From Octopus bimaculoides (Eukaryota): a stretch of 41,845 nt of DNA. Shown one piece after another: positions 1 to 12,167 of this stretch. The position numbers and the translations under genes are program-made. Position 1 is the stretch's first letter. Every line of letters starts with the position of its first letter. The stretch spans positions 30,308,773 through 30,350,617 of the forward strand of contig NC_069002.1 of assembly GCF_001194135.2 (NCBI RefSeq). Reading direction: 5' to 3'. The notes under the pieces were generated by a model. That model ran no database searches and was not told the DNA's origin. It was given only the letters and a program-made list of their open reading frames with translations.

Positions 1-37
1 ATATATACATATATATACATATATATATATATGTATT

Positions 38-77
<40 letters not shown>

Positions 78-579
78 ACTCTCTTGTTGGTTTTGGTGTA
101 TGAGGATCTGACAACCTACATTTTCTTTGTCGGTCATAATGCTTATGTCGAATGTGACATTTGATTCCCGCCAACAATTTGCAAAGAAACTAGCAGATGT
201 TGGCAATTATGATGATTAGAGTTCAGGGCAGGCGGTATATTTGCAGCCACTTTTCTCCTTTGCCTTGCATCCCTAAACCTGTCGATGCTGGTTGAAACAA
301 AGTCAGTTATACCAGCGGTTCCCTAAGTGGGCAGTGCTACCCCCTTGGGGGTGGGGTGAAAAGATCCAGTGGAGTGTTGAAGAAAAGTGGGATAATAACA
401 GGGTGGCCAAAATGGGGTGATAGATGTAAAAAAAATATATATATCAATAGGTTAATTAGAGTTCTATATTTAAGAGATGAGGAATTATGTACATTATTTA
501 CGTTATTTATATTTGACAGATATATAAGAAAATAAAGCAACAACGGTGCATGAACAATACATTATGCTCATCATGTGAT

Positions 580-920
580 GGTGCATGGCTCAGTGGTTAG
601 AGTGTTGGGCTTACAATCATGAGGTAGTGAGTTCAATTTCCTGACCAGGCTGTTTGTTGTGTTCTTGAGCAAGACACTTTATTTCACATTGCTCCAGTTC
701 ACTCAGCTGTAGAAATGAGTTATGACATCACTGGTGCTAAACTGTATTAGCCCCTTTGCCTTTCCCTTGGGTAACATTGGTGGTGTGAAGAGGAGAGGCT
801 GGTATGGGCAACTGCTGGTCTTCCATAAACAATCTTGTCCAGACTTGTGCCTCAAAGGGTAACTTTCTAGGTGCAATCCCAGGGTCAGTCATGACTGAAG
901 GGGTCTCTACCCTTTACCCT
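580..920 (+). mobile_element. tRNA-derived SINE; its 3' part is partly duplicated at about 930-1070
   Basis: A box TGGCTCAGTGG at 586-596 and B box GTTCAATTTCC at 631-641. Heads of the same type occur at 8947, 19270 (minus), 36100 and 38425. Confidence 0.8.
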
Positions 921-1254
921 ATGTACATATAATGGCATGGAGAGGGGAGACCGGTATGCATGGGTGACTCCTGGTCCTCCATAAACAACCTTGCCCAGAC
1001 TTATGCCTCAGAGGTTACCTTTCTAGGTGCAATCCCATGGTCATTCATGATTGAAGGGGGTCCCTTTCTATATGTCTGTCATGGACTTTACTAGTTCTAC
1101 TCAGGCCCTTAACCTCATCACAACAAACCGCAATAAACTATAAGGGACACAAAGCAGTGCCTTTCAGATTGTATATAGAGCACAATTACAAACCACTTAC
1201 AAAATAAAGGTTTTGGAAATGAAGCACCATCAGGGCATGTAACGGGCTCGGTTT

Positions 1255-1268
1255 GTTGCCATGACAAC
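1255..1268. promoter_or_regulatory. Candidate RFX X-box
   Basis: GTTGCCATGACAAC is a 13/14 match to the palindrome GTTGCCATGGCAAC and fits GTHNYY-AT-RRNAAC. Function not shown. Confidence 0.5.
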
Positions 1269-1956
1269 TGAGTGTGACTTCAAACGGTCCTTGTGACCAC
1301 AACCAGAATCTATGGGTGTGCATAAATAGATTGGAGAGACAGTATGAAGGTATGTGCAGTGATGGTCGTGGGTAAAATAGATGTATGGTGCAACTTAGGG
1401 AGATGGATCCGTTGTTCAGACGGAGGATGGCAGGACTGGGGTTACACACCTCCACTACTACTAACGCTGTTGCTGTCACCATTTACCACCACCACCACCA
1501 CCACCACCACTGCTAGCAACACTGCCAGTACCCTCACCACTCCCAACCCTGACCACCACCACCACCACTAGTGTCACAACCACTGTGGTCACCATGACCA
1601 CCCCTCCCAACAACGTCGCCACCATCATCATTACGCTGTCATCATCATCATTGTCGTCATCATCATCATCCTCATCGTCGTCGTCATTGTCATCAAAGAG
1701 AATAAAACGATCAATAAGCTCTCTCTTTCACTTCCCCTCTCCTTCTCTCTCCCTCTCTCTCTCTCTCTTTCTCAAACACATGCACACACATTATATGCGT
1801 ATGCAGGTTTGTGTATATATATACACACACACACAAACGCATATAATATTTATATATGCCCACATACACTCTTAAATATGTAAGCATATATATATCTACA
1901 CACCCACATAGACATGCATATGTGTATATATATATATATATNNNNNNNNNNNNNNN

Positions 1957-2003
<47 letters not shown>

Positions 2004-2102
2004 CACACACACACACATATAAAATATATATATATGCCCACATATACTCATAAGTATGTAAGCATATATATATATCTACATACCCACAATGACATGCATG
2101 TG

Positions 2103-2154
<52 letters not shown>

Positions 2155-2185
2155 TACATGTACACACACACATATATATATAGAC

Positions 2186-2223
<38 letters not shown>

Positions 2224-2719
2224 CCCATTCCCCAACCTCCACCCTGAACATACCTTACAAATAGAAACTGGAATCACATCAACACTTGATACATTACGTT
2301 ACACAGTTTATCAATTTTTTAGAGAACTGGTCCCACGGCGGAAGTAATTAACACCCCCTGCCTCCCTCCTTTCCTCCCTCCATCCCCCACTTTCTCCCCT
2401 GTACCTCCAACCAATAACAGGTGATGCCTCCTCCGCGCAGCATCATACATCTTTCTCGAGTAAGAAACCATGGCAACTGGAGCACCTTCACGCTTTACCG
2501 GTTTTGTTGATTTCATCAACTGGTGCGGAGAAAAATTGGTAATTAATAAGATTCTTGTCTGATTTGGTCAGGAAACTTGGCAAGAAAAAACTGTTGTGGA
2601 AGTTGAGGGTTTGCCCATTTCTGGTTTGACTAGTTTCTTGACAAGGTTACCAAATGTTTTATTGTATAGAGATTTGTATAAACATGAGACGAATGTATGT
2701 ATGTATATATGTGTGTATA

Positions 2720-2948
2720 TGAAGAGTGGCCCAAAAGTAGGTTTACAGTTATCAAGCTGGCATTTTAAATTTCTTTTAAAACATTTATATTACATTTAAA
2801 TTTCTATCTTACAAACTGAAAAAGGAACTTGACAAAATTTGCTAAATTAGCATAGAATAATGGTTTCATATATTTTTTTTTATAATTAAGATCTAAACTG
2901 TTAAGAGATAGTTGAATAACTGTAAAGGTACTTTTGGGCCACCCTGTA
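2720..2948. mobile_element. Tc1/mariner-type MITE, about 230 bp
   Basis: About 30-bp TIRs (CAGGGTGGCCCAAAAGTA..) with TA flanks. A second copy lies in the opposite orientation at 22474-22710. Confidence 0.8.
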
Positions 2949-3141
2949 TACATACGTGTGTGTGTGTATACATGTACATACACATACATGCATATGCATA
3001 TGTACAAATACATACATGCATACACACACACACATAACTACACATATATAAATATACTCATCCACACATGTACATACACATACATGCACTCACACATGCA
3101 CATACACACATCACACACACACACACATACACACACATACA

Positions 3142-3202
<61 letters not shown>

Positions 3203-3766
3203 TACATCGACCCAGTGCATAACTGGTAATTATTTTATTGACCTCGAAAGGACGAAAGTCAAAATCAAACTCTGCAGAATTTGAATTCCGAACATAAAAT
3301 ATAATACGTTAATATTATAATACATCATCATCATCATCATCATCATTGTTTAATGTCCATTTTCCATGCTGGTGTGGGTTGGAGAGTTTGAGAGGATCCA
3401 GTGAGCCTCAGAACTGCATTGAGCACCAATATTAACTTTGAGATGGTTTCTATGGTTAGATACCCTTCCAAATGCCAACCACTTTATGCCAACGTACTGA
3501 GTGGGGTGGGGCATTTTTCCTGCCTGTGGCCCTAATGACTTCACCAATCATTATATTACATTATATTACAATATATCATATTATATCACACTATATTATA
3601 TTGGCTTCACATTTTGGCACAATGCCAGCAATTTCGGGGAGGGGGATGGTTCAATAACCTAATCAACATCTTAATTTGATCACTTTCATGTTCAATATGT
3701 TATTTCCGGAGAGACTGTTTGAGATGACCCTTTTAATATTTTGTGAATTTAAAGGATTTATGGCAC

Positions 3767-3809
<43 letters not shown>

Positions 3810-4121
3810 ATATATACATGTGTGCGCCTGTATGTGTGTGTATATACATATATATGTATATATATACACACAAACATATATACATATATATATAATATAT
3901 ATACCATACACAACAGCACACACAATCACATGTATGTATATATATGTATGTATGTATGTATGTATATACATATGTATATACAGGTATATATATAGCTGTT
4001 ACAGTTTACTTAGTCGTATGTGACGGTAATTCATACAAGTGCCTATGTCCACATGTATGTTTGTGTGCGTGTGTGTGTGTATGTGTGTATGTATCTATAC
4101 ACACACACGCACGAACACAAA

Positions 4122-4165
<44 letters not shown>

Positions 4166-4269
4166 AACATTTATATATTTATACATTCATATGCGCATGT
4201 GTGTATATGTAAGTATACAAGTACACAAGTATGTATGTAGAAATTATGCATGTAAGTATATATGTACAT

Positions 4270-4564
4270 AGGCGTAGGAGTGGCTGTGTGGTAAGTAGCT
4301 TGCTTACCAACCACATGGTTCCGGGTTCAGTCCCACTGCGTGGCACCTTGGGCAAGTGTCTTCTACTATAGCCTCGGGCCGACCAAAGCCTTGTGAGTGG
4401 ATTTGGTAGACGGAAACTGAAAGAAGCCTGTCGTATATATGTGTATATATGTATGTGTGTGTATATGTTTGCGTGTCTGTGTTTGTCCCCCCAACATCGC
4501 TTGACAACCGATTCTGGTGTGTTTACGTCCCCGTAACTTAGCGGTTCGGCAAAAGAGCGATAGA
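4270..4564 (+). mobile_element. tRNA-derived SINE (GGAGTGGCTGTGTGGTAAG head family)
   Basis: Near-identical to the full copy at 37826-38213. Diverged copies lie at about 5130, 5900 (minus), 18718, 23770-24105 (minus), 30035, 30940 and 33550. Confidence 0.85.
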
Positions 4565-5652
4565 NNNNNNNNNNNNNNNNNNNNNNNNNNNNNNNNNNNN
4601 NNNNNNNNNNNNNNNNNNNNNNNNNNNNNNNNNNNNNNNNNNNNNNNNNNNNNNNNNNNNNNNNNNNNNNNNNNNNNNNNNNNNNNNNNNNNNNNNNNNN
4701 NNNNNNNNNNNNNNNNNNNNNNNNNNNNNNNNNNNNNNNNNNNNNNNNNNNNNNNNNNNNNNNNNNNNNNNNNNNNNNNNNNNNNNNNNNNNNNNNNNNN
4801 NNNNNNNNNNNNNNNNNNNNNNNNNNNNNNNNNTATATATATATATATATATGTATATATATACACCTGTATATGCATATACATGTGTATATGAACATAA
4901 ATGTTTTACATATGCAACATGTTACATGTGACCAGATGTTAGCTGTTTCTCAAAGCAAGTCAAGGCATGTCTGACACTCAAAAACATTACGATGCTGTTT
5001 ATAGGTCTTGCTACTAATTTTGGTCACAGTTGACTAGGTTCAGTTCCCACCTCTCACCCCACCTACAGACACACAGACAGACAGGCTGGGTAAGTTCCAG
5101 ACGCTAGCGATGGCCTATGCTGGTAATAATAAATCTGCGAAAGCGTTTTTCCCGACCCTGTGGTCTCAGGTTCAGTTCCACTGCTTGGTACATTAGGCAA
5201 GTGTCTTTTGCTATAGTCCCAGGCCAACCGAATATATGTACGTATATATACACACACACACATACACACACACCCATATATATAAGTAATAATTTTATAT
5301 TCTGGTGTACAGCTCGTAATCTGCCATTTAAAGCCCATCTGCAGTATTCGGCTACCTGGTGTCAACAACAGTATGGAGGTATACACCATCCAATTTGCTT
5401 CAGGAATTCCTTCATGTCTGTAGAGTTTCTAAAAATACGAGAGAAAGAAAATGGAATTCACGAGACTCTTTATTATTTACTACTCTCATCTCGACCCATT
5501 GTGCACCAGTGCATCATGGGTGAGGCACTGGTGCACAATGTACAAACAGTTGAGATGCATCATAAGTACAGCTGTGTCTCTTCAGGTCACTTGTCAAAAT
5601 GTTCCTTGTTTTTTAATTTCTGTTTCGCTTATTCCTATTACAATACATTTTG

Positions 5653-5727
<75 letters not shown>

Positions 5728-5769
5728 ACAGCAGCAGCAGCAGTAGCAGTAACTGCTTCACCACCACCA

Positions 5770-5898
5770 ATTTATTGACCCCGAAAGAATGAAAGGCAAA
5801 GTCGACCTCAGTGGAATTTGAACTCAGAACGTAGTGGCAGATGAATAACCACTAAGCATTTTGCCCAGCGTGCTAACGTTTCTGCCAGCTCGCTGCCT
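5770..5898 (-). mobile_element. SINE (GGCGAGCTGGCAG..GAGTTCAAATTCC..GTCGACTTTGCC family)
   Basis: B-box-like GAGTTCAAATTCC. Further copies at 24710-24816 (minus), 24880-25088 (minus), 25960-26175 (plus), 27101-27300 (plus) and 28895-29105 (minus). Confidence 0.8.
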
Positions 5899-6263
5899 TT
5901 CAGTTTCTGTCTACCAAATCCACTCACAAGGCTCTGGTTGGTCTGGGAATATAGCAGAAAACGCTTGCCCAGGGTGGTATGCAGTAGAATTGAACCCAGA
6001 ACCATGTGGTTGAGAAGCAAATTTCTTACCACATAGCCATGTCTGCACTTATTTGTAAATTTGTAAATAAATCTCTTGAAGAAACTGCTCAAATGTGAAA
6101 TTGAGGCTAACAATAACAGCCCATAGTTTAATGGGTAAAAAAAAACCCTTAGATGGAAAAAATCGACAGAATCTCCTACAAGGATTGAACCGTGCATCTG
6201 CCATATACCAAACTTTGGGACATAGGAAGAGAAGAAAATAAGAAGAAAAGAATAAGAGTTTAC

Positions 6264-6434
6264 CATAATATTCTTCACTTTGGTAAATGTCATTGATTAG
6301 CACCGGGAACAGTCGAATAAGCCTCTTTGCTAGGTCAGCATGAGTTGATGTTGAATTCAACAAACACATATGTAGAATGGTCTCACCCACGGTGCCAAGT
6401 TCATCGAACTTCCAACAGACATGACGGTACATTT
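6264..6434 (-). CDS. nan: nan coding exon 2 (first ankyrin-repeat region)
   Basis: [53 protein letters not shown] is a TRPV ankyrin segment. Pyrimidine tract plus ccaag acceptor; donor TATG|GTAAAC; 171 nt, phase 1-1. Confidence 0.93.
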
Positions 6435-6610
6435 CTTGGAAGAAGAACAAGAAGAAGAGGAATAAAAAAAAAAATATGTATGAATATTATTATTGGTTTT
6501 GTTGTTGATGTTATTATTGGTGTGGTTATCATTACAGCAAGTATGTAGGTACACAAACCTGTGCTTGGGTGGATAATGAAAAATACACAATAAAACTGAA
6601 ACTTTTATTA

Positions 6611-6678
<68 letters not shown>

Positions 6679-7029
6679 CGGTCTTAATTTTATCATGTGC
6701 TTTCACTGCACTATTGAGCACAGCTCTATGTGCCTTGGACATGTGCTGTGTTTTGTTTTGATGCTCTTATTTTCAATGTATTTAAGGTGCTTTATGTAGG
6801 ATGTGTGCGGTGCTTAGTAGTGCTATTTTCTGTATGTTATATATATTTGTAAGTCATGGGGTTTTATTATTATTGTTGTTGTTGTTGATGTTGTTATTTT
6901 CATTATCTTCTTTCAATTCTGTTTCCATTTCTTGCTGAGTGTCTTCCTGATACCTAGGGCAGAGAAACTCACTGTATACATTGGTAGGCTATTAAAACAA
7001 GCACACCAGGTTGTTTATTCATTGTTGTA

Positions 7030-7126
<97 letters not shown>

Positions 7127-7257
7127 TATGAAAACTCCCAGCTTATTTTGCAGGGTATGATGGAAAGTGTCAGCTGTCCACAGCCAGCCGACTAAGGTGA
7201 CACTTGTTTACTGGTCATGCTTCAAAAACCCTGCAAAGAATCCTTGCAGTTCCAAGC

Positions 7258-7327
<70 letters not shown>

Positions 7328-8132
7328 TTCATTAGCATCTTCTTTCAATTCTGTTTCCATTTCTTGCTGAGTGTCTTCCTGACACCTAGGGCAGAGAAAC
7401 TCACTGTATACATTGGTAGGCCATTAAAACAAGCACACTAGATTGTTCATTTACAAAGTCATGTGATGAAGAAAAAAATAGAAAATAGAAAAGTAGACAA
7501 ATAAAATAAAGGGAGAAAAGGAAAGAAAATTCACAGCGACGATGCTCTTCTCAATATGTGTGACATACCAGTTAAAACAATCTTTTGGACTTTCTGTATG
7601 TATGATAAACCGGAGATCATTCTTAAATGATTTTTCGGTTCCTTTTTTGATCATTCCAAGTGCTCCTACAATCAGTGGTATTGTAACCGTCTTGAGACGC
7701 CACATCTTTTCAATTCCGATTAGCAAATCTTTATATTTTCTGAGACTATAAAATTCTTTTCCTGAGATATTATGGTCACAGGTTATACTCATGTCAATTA
7801 ATAAACAGATTTTATTGTTTTGGTCTTTAACAACAATATCTGGTCTATTTGCCTTGATGTACGTCTGTACGTTCTGGGAAGTCCCAAAGAATCGTTACAT
7901 TTTCTCCCTCAGTTACAGCCTCAGGGTGGTGCTTGTACCATTTGTCAACAGTTTTGATTTATGAAGCCAACACATTATCCAATGTAGATATTGGCCAACT
8001 CAGGGTTCCAATCAACAAAATGTTTGAAATTTTTTGCTCCAGTTGTTGACAGTCCACAGTGACAAAATACTGTTTCCAGTGTTTTGTCATTGTTGCAAAA
8101 CTTTGATGGATTTTGGTCCTTGGTATATAGAC

Positions 8133-8174
<42 letters not shown>

Positions 8175-8257
8175 GTTGCCTATACAGCTAAGCGCACGCT
8201 TTATAGGTGTGAAACCAATGGTCATTTTCTGATGGGCCATTACTAACAACCTTCTAA

Positions 8258-8292
<35 letters not shown>

Positions 8293-9231
8293 NNNNNNNN
8301 NNNNNNNNNNNNNNNNNNNNNNNNNNNNNNNNNNNNNNNNNNNNNNNNNNNNNNNNNNNNNNNNNNNNNNNNNNNNNNNNNNNNNNNNNNNNNNNNNNNN
8401 NNNNNNNNNNNNNNNNNNNNNNNNNNNNNNNNNNNNNNNNNNNNNNNNNNNNNNNNNNNNNNNNNNNNNNNNNNNNNNNNNNNNNNNNNNNNNNNNNNNN
8501 NNNNNNNNNNNNNNNNNNNNNNNNNNNNNNNNNNNNNNNNNNNNNNNNNNNNNNNNNNNNNNNNNNNNNNNNNNNNNNNNNNNNNNNNNNNNATATATAT
8601 ATATAACTGAGCACATATGTGTCTGTATTTATGTGCATGCGTTTGAGCATGCGTATGTCGGTGAGTGTTTTCATAACAATCGTCTAATTGACTTCATTTC
8701 GTTTACCAATTATTCCGTGAGTGGATAATCAATAGAAGCTCTACGATGCAAAGGTGTTTCACTTCAGCCACAGTGATCAATAAATATTTGATGTACGAAC
8801 CACTAGTTGTACATTGAACTCTTAAAGAAACCATAATAAAAACTGCAAAGATGTCAACAATGTTACTAACGCAATCACATTAATTATTATCAACTCGCAA
8901 CTTTTTCATCGATTCATTTCAAGTGTTGCATTGATTTGAGTGAAGGTGTATGGCCTAGGGGTTAAGGTGCTGGTCTCGCAATCACTAAATCATAGGTTCA
9001 ATTCCCAGATTGAGTGGCATGTTGTGGTCTTGAGCAAAACGTTTCATTTCATGCTGATGCAGTTCACTCAGTTGTAAATAAGTTTAACATTGCAATGGAC
9101 TAGCATCCTATCCAGGGGGAATGTTGGCCTGCTCATCTAGGCAGCAGGGTGGCATCATTTGAAAGCTAAAATGAATCAAAGTGCATTGTGACCAGTGATG
9201 CATAACAATATCTGATGGTCTGGTCAATCAG

Positions 9232-9277
<46 letters not shown>

Positions 9278-10060
9278 NNNNNNNNNNNNNNNNNNNNNNN
9301 NNNNNNNNNNNNNNNNNNNNNNNNNNNNNNNNNNNNNNNNNNNNNNNNNNNNNNNNNNNNNNNNNNNNNNNNNNNNNNNNNNNNNNNNNNNNNNNNNNNN
9401 NNNNNNNNNNNNNNNNNNNNNNNNNNNNNNNNNNNNNNNNNNNNNNNNNNNNNNNNNNNNNNNNNNNNNNNNNNNNNNNNNNNNNNNNNNNNNNNNNNNN
9501 NNNNNNNNNNNNNNNNNNNNNNNNNNNNNNNNNNNNNNNNNNNNNNNNNNNNNNNNNNNNNNNNNNNNNNNNNNNNNNNNNNNNNNNNNNNNNNNNNNNN
9601 NNNNNNNNNNNNNNNNNNNNNNNNNNNNNNNNNNNNNNNNNNNNNNNNNNNNNNNNNNNNNNNNNNNNNNNNNNNNNNNNNNNNNNNNNNNNNNNNNNNN
9701 NNNNNNNNNNNNNNNNNNNNNNNNNNNNNNNNNNNNNNNNNNNNNNNNNNNNNNNNNNNNNNNNNNNNNNNNNNNNNNNNNNNNNNNNNNNNNNNNNNNN
9801 NNNNNNNNNNNNNNNNNNNNNNNNNNNNNNNNNNNNNNNNNNNNNNNNNNNNNNNNNNNNNNNNNNNNNNNNNNNNNNNNNNNNNNNNNNNNNNNNNNNN
9901 NNNNNNNNNNNNNNNNNNNNNNNNNNNNNNNNNNNNNNNNNNNNNNNNNNNNNNNNNNNNNNNNNNNNNNNNNNNNNNNNNNNNNNNNNNNNNNNNNNNN
10001 NNNNNNNNNNNNNNNNNNNNNNNNNNNNNNNNNNNNNNNNNNNNNNNNNNNNNNNNNNNN

Positions 10061-10145
<85 letters not shown>

Positions 10146-11938
10146 ATGTATATGTATATGTATATATGTATGTATTTATATATACAGAGTGCATAAGGTA
10201 TTTGAGAACAAATTCTTTTTTTTTTTTTAGAAAAATATACATATAACAACAGGAAACAGCTTTATTAACACTTTACCATGCAGAATATTCTGTCAAATGT
10301 AACGCTTATTCATTCACATCGTTTTGAATAAATCATGCATTTATTTCATAGCTTTGGTATTTTGATGATGTGATTGTATATTTTTAGAATGACATTGTAG
10401 GATAGGTGTGAGAAGCTAGACCTGGCAAGTTTGAACATAAAATGTGTAGAATATTTGGGCTGGATATGGCTGGTTTAAATGCTAAGGATTTAATGAAAGA
10501 ATTTGTACATATAATCTAGATTATCTTCTTTATAATTTTATTGAATACATCCGCCTTCAGCATTGATAACTGTTTCTATGCAAGTTCTGAATCATTTACA
10601 TGTTCAAATTAAATGGTCCTGGTTCAGATTGACTATGGTGGCTTTCAAAGAATTCTTGGTGATGCAGGGATGTCAATTGACCTTTCTTTCAACAATGCTC
10701 CACATGTAGTAGTCCAATGGATTGAGATCCGGTGAGTTTAGGACCCAAATGTTAGGATTACATGAGCATGGAAATTGTCAGCCATCATTTCTTGGGTGGC
10801 TTGAATCTTATGTGACGATGCAGAGCAAAAACCTTATGCTACATGGCAATGATGATCTATAATAATAAATGCAAAATTCTGTCTGTTCGTCCAGGACCCC
10901 TGTATCTCAGTCTACATTTGCTCTACATAGACATATTATACATTTTTGGAATCAGGATGATCCCAGGATTGAAAGTCTGCCCTTCATTTGGTTCTTGAAC
11001 ATTCAGCATTGGGATCAGGTCTGGATGAGGATTTGTTATATGCTAAAAATTGAAAATTCAAATTTTAAAAGAACTCCGAACATTTGTGAACTTACAAGTT
11101 TTTCATTTAAACTGAATTTAAAGCAATACCATATTGGTGAGGTAAGACCATATTGGTAGGATACCAATAAATGCTTTATTATTATTAATCTGTTTTGTCT
11201 TGGTCCGCAGACCCAATTAGCCCTCTGCAGTAGTTAGCTTAAAAGAGTGCAGCTTTTAAGCTACTATTTAATATAGCTGTAGGATCAGACCTGGGAGATA
11301 AACTGGAAGAAAACTGAATAATTAATCTATTATTTCACATTTATCATTTATTATGCCTTAATATATTGTCAATTTAGCAATGAAAGGGTTCAAGGGAGTG
11401 TCATTGTCAGGCTATGATTAGGGCATGAGTCGGCCTTAATCTCAAGAGATGAAATGCAAATCAGAAACAAATGTATTTAACCTCAGAAATAAAATAACAA
11501 CATTAATTACTGCAACAACAGCAAAACAACAAGATTGAGCAAAATACAGAGTTATTGATTGCCTAATCAATCCATAAATTAACTGATTGAAAATAACTTA
11601 CTTGGATCATCTGTCTCTTCTTCGTCGGTTTTATTTTTCTGTAAAAATCTTTTGCCTTGGTTTTCTTTGGAGGAAATAGGTTTCTTACCCCCTCTCTCTT
11701 CATTTCGCTTTTTGATAAACTCACTGATGTGGATTTTTTTACCTGCTCCTCCGTTATAGAGGAAAGGGGTCACATCTTTAATGATTTTTTTGTCCAGTTC
11801 ATTGTGATCCTTCATATTCTTCATACATTCCACAAGTTCCCCGCCGCCTTTCAGATCGACCAATTTATAAAGTTTCATGCCTGTTGTGTTGGCTTGGGCC
11901 TTCACTCCAAGTGGCACTTTGGACAGTTTCACCCCCAT
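6264..11938 (-). CDS. nan: Nanchung-type TRPV cation channel, 5' part (coding exons 1-2; later exons not found in window)
   Basis: Exon 11602-11938 joins exon 6264-6434 in phase 1, giving ...[33 protein letters not shown]. From memory this aligns with Drosophila Nan (SNPTAYRFVCW..RGAVGETILHLCLLN). Splice sites are GT-AG. Confidence 0.92.
6676..6862 (-). mobile_element. R4/Dong-type LINE 3' end with (TAA)n tail
   Basis: Homologous to 24590-24710 (..IQKIALL.TAHIL..). Followed on the minus strand by the (TAA)n array at about 6608-6675. Confidence 0.75.
7128..7259 (-). mobile_element. R4/Dong-type LINE 3' end fragment
   Basis: Minus strand encodes [14 protein letters not shown], the typical RLE C-terminal motif, followed by a short 3' UTR. 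Confidence 0.65.
7329..7957 (-). mobile_element. R4/Dong LINE 3' fragment with restriction-like endonuclease domain (frameshifted)
   Basis: [23 protein letters not shown]../[46 protein letters not shown]. Its 3' UTR is duplicated at about 6900-7007. (TAA)n tail at 7260-7328. Confidence 0.88.
10265..10493. mobile_element. TTAA-flanked MITE (piggyBac-like), about 230 bp
   Basis: Ends TTAAC.CTTTA.CAT ... ATGCTAAG.GTTAA. Copies at 26984-27420 (split by a SINE), 37477-37703, 37705-38270 (split) and 28530-28635 (partial). Confidence 0.7.
10538..10850 (-). pseudogene. Degraded Tc1/mariner (DD37D-like) transposase C-terminus
   Basis: [32 protein letters not shown]...[17 protein letters not shown], with in-frame stops. 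Confidence 0.85.
11602..11938 (-). CDS. nan: nan coding exon 1 (112 codons + 1 nt)
   Basis: [44 protein letters not shown] matches the Nan N-terminus motifs as recalled (GVKKQA, LYKFVNLKGGG, PFLYNKGAG). Donor CCAA|GTAAGT, intron starts at 11601. Confidence 0.92.
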
Positions 11939-12108
11939 CTTTAGATGTTTCGGCTTCTATGTCACAATTACAGGTAAGTTTTAATTTTATTATATTTTTT
12001 AGTTTTTCTTTTATTCTTATTCTTATTCTTATTTTACGACAGAAGTTAAAATACTTTTCATTGAGTCAAAGTCAAAATCTCAAACCTCATCAGACCCTTA
12101 CTTCAATA

Positions 12109-12120
12109 ACTTCCGGCAAC
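12109..12120 (-). promoter_or_regulatory. ETS motif overlapping an RFX half-site about 170 bp upstream of the nan ATG
   Basis: Minus strand reads GTTGCCGGAAGT (GTTGCC + CCGGAAGT). The TSS position is inferred only. Confidence 0.35.
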
Positions 12121-12135
12121 AGCTTGATCAGTTTG

Positions 12136-12167
<32 letters not shown>

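Noticed and set aside
313-360. CAGCGGTTCCC.. resembling a hAT/Charlie TIR
   Set aside because: No matching second terminus or 8-bp TSD could be identified.
580-660. tRNA-like A and B boxes, considered as a tRNA gene
   Set aside because: The sequence continues into a SINE body shared by several copies and forms no intact cloverleaf.
2319-2519. Minus-strand ORF with a plausible acceptor and donor, considered as nan exon 3
   Set aside because: Exon 3 should begin in phase 1 with GE..LH.AIVNED. No frame here resembles that.
5300-5470. Non-repetitive stretch considered as nan exon 3 or a transposase relic (KEFLKQIGWCIPPY)
   Set aside because: It has no ankyrin motif, and the similarity to mariner is too weak to call.
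1344-5792. Many ORF-track entries rich in YI/HT/CV/S/L runs, here and throughout the window
   Set aside because: They are translations of (TA)n, (CA)n, (TAG)n and (TTA)n microsatellites or read through N gaps, and carry no coding signal.
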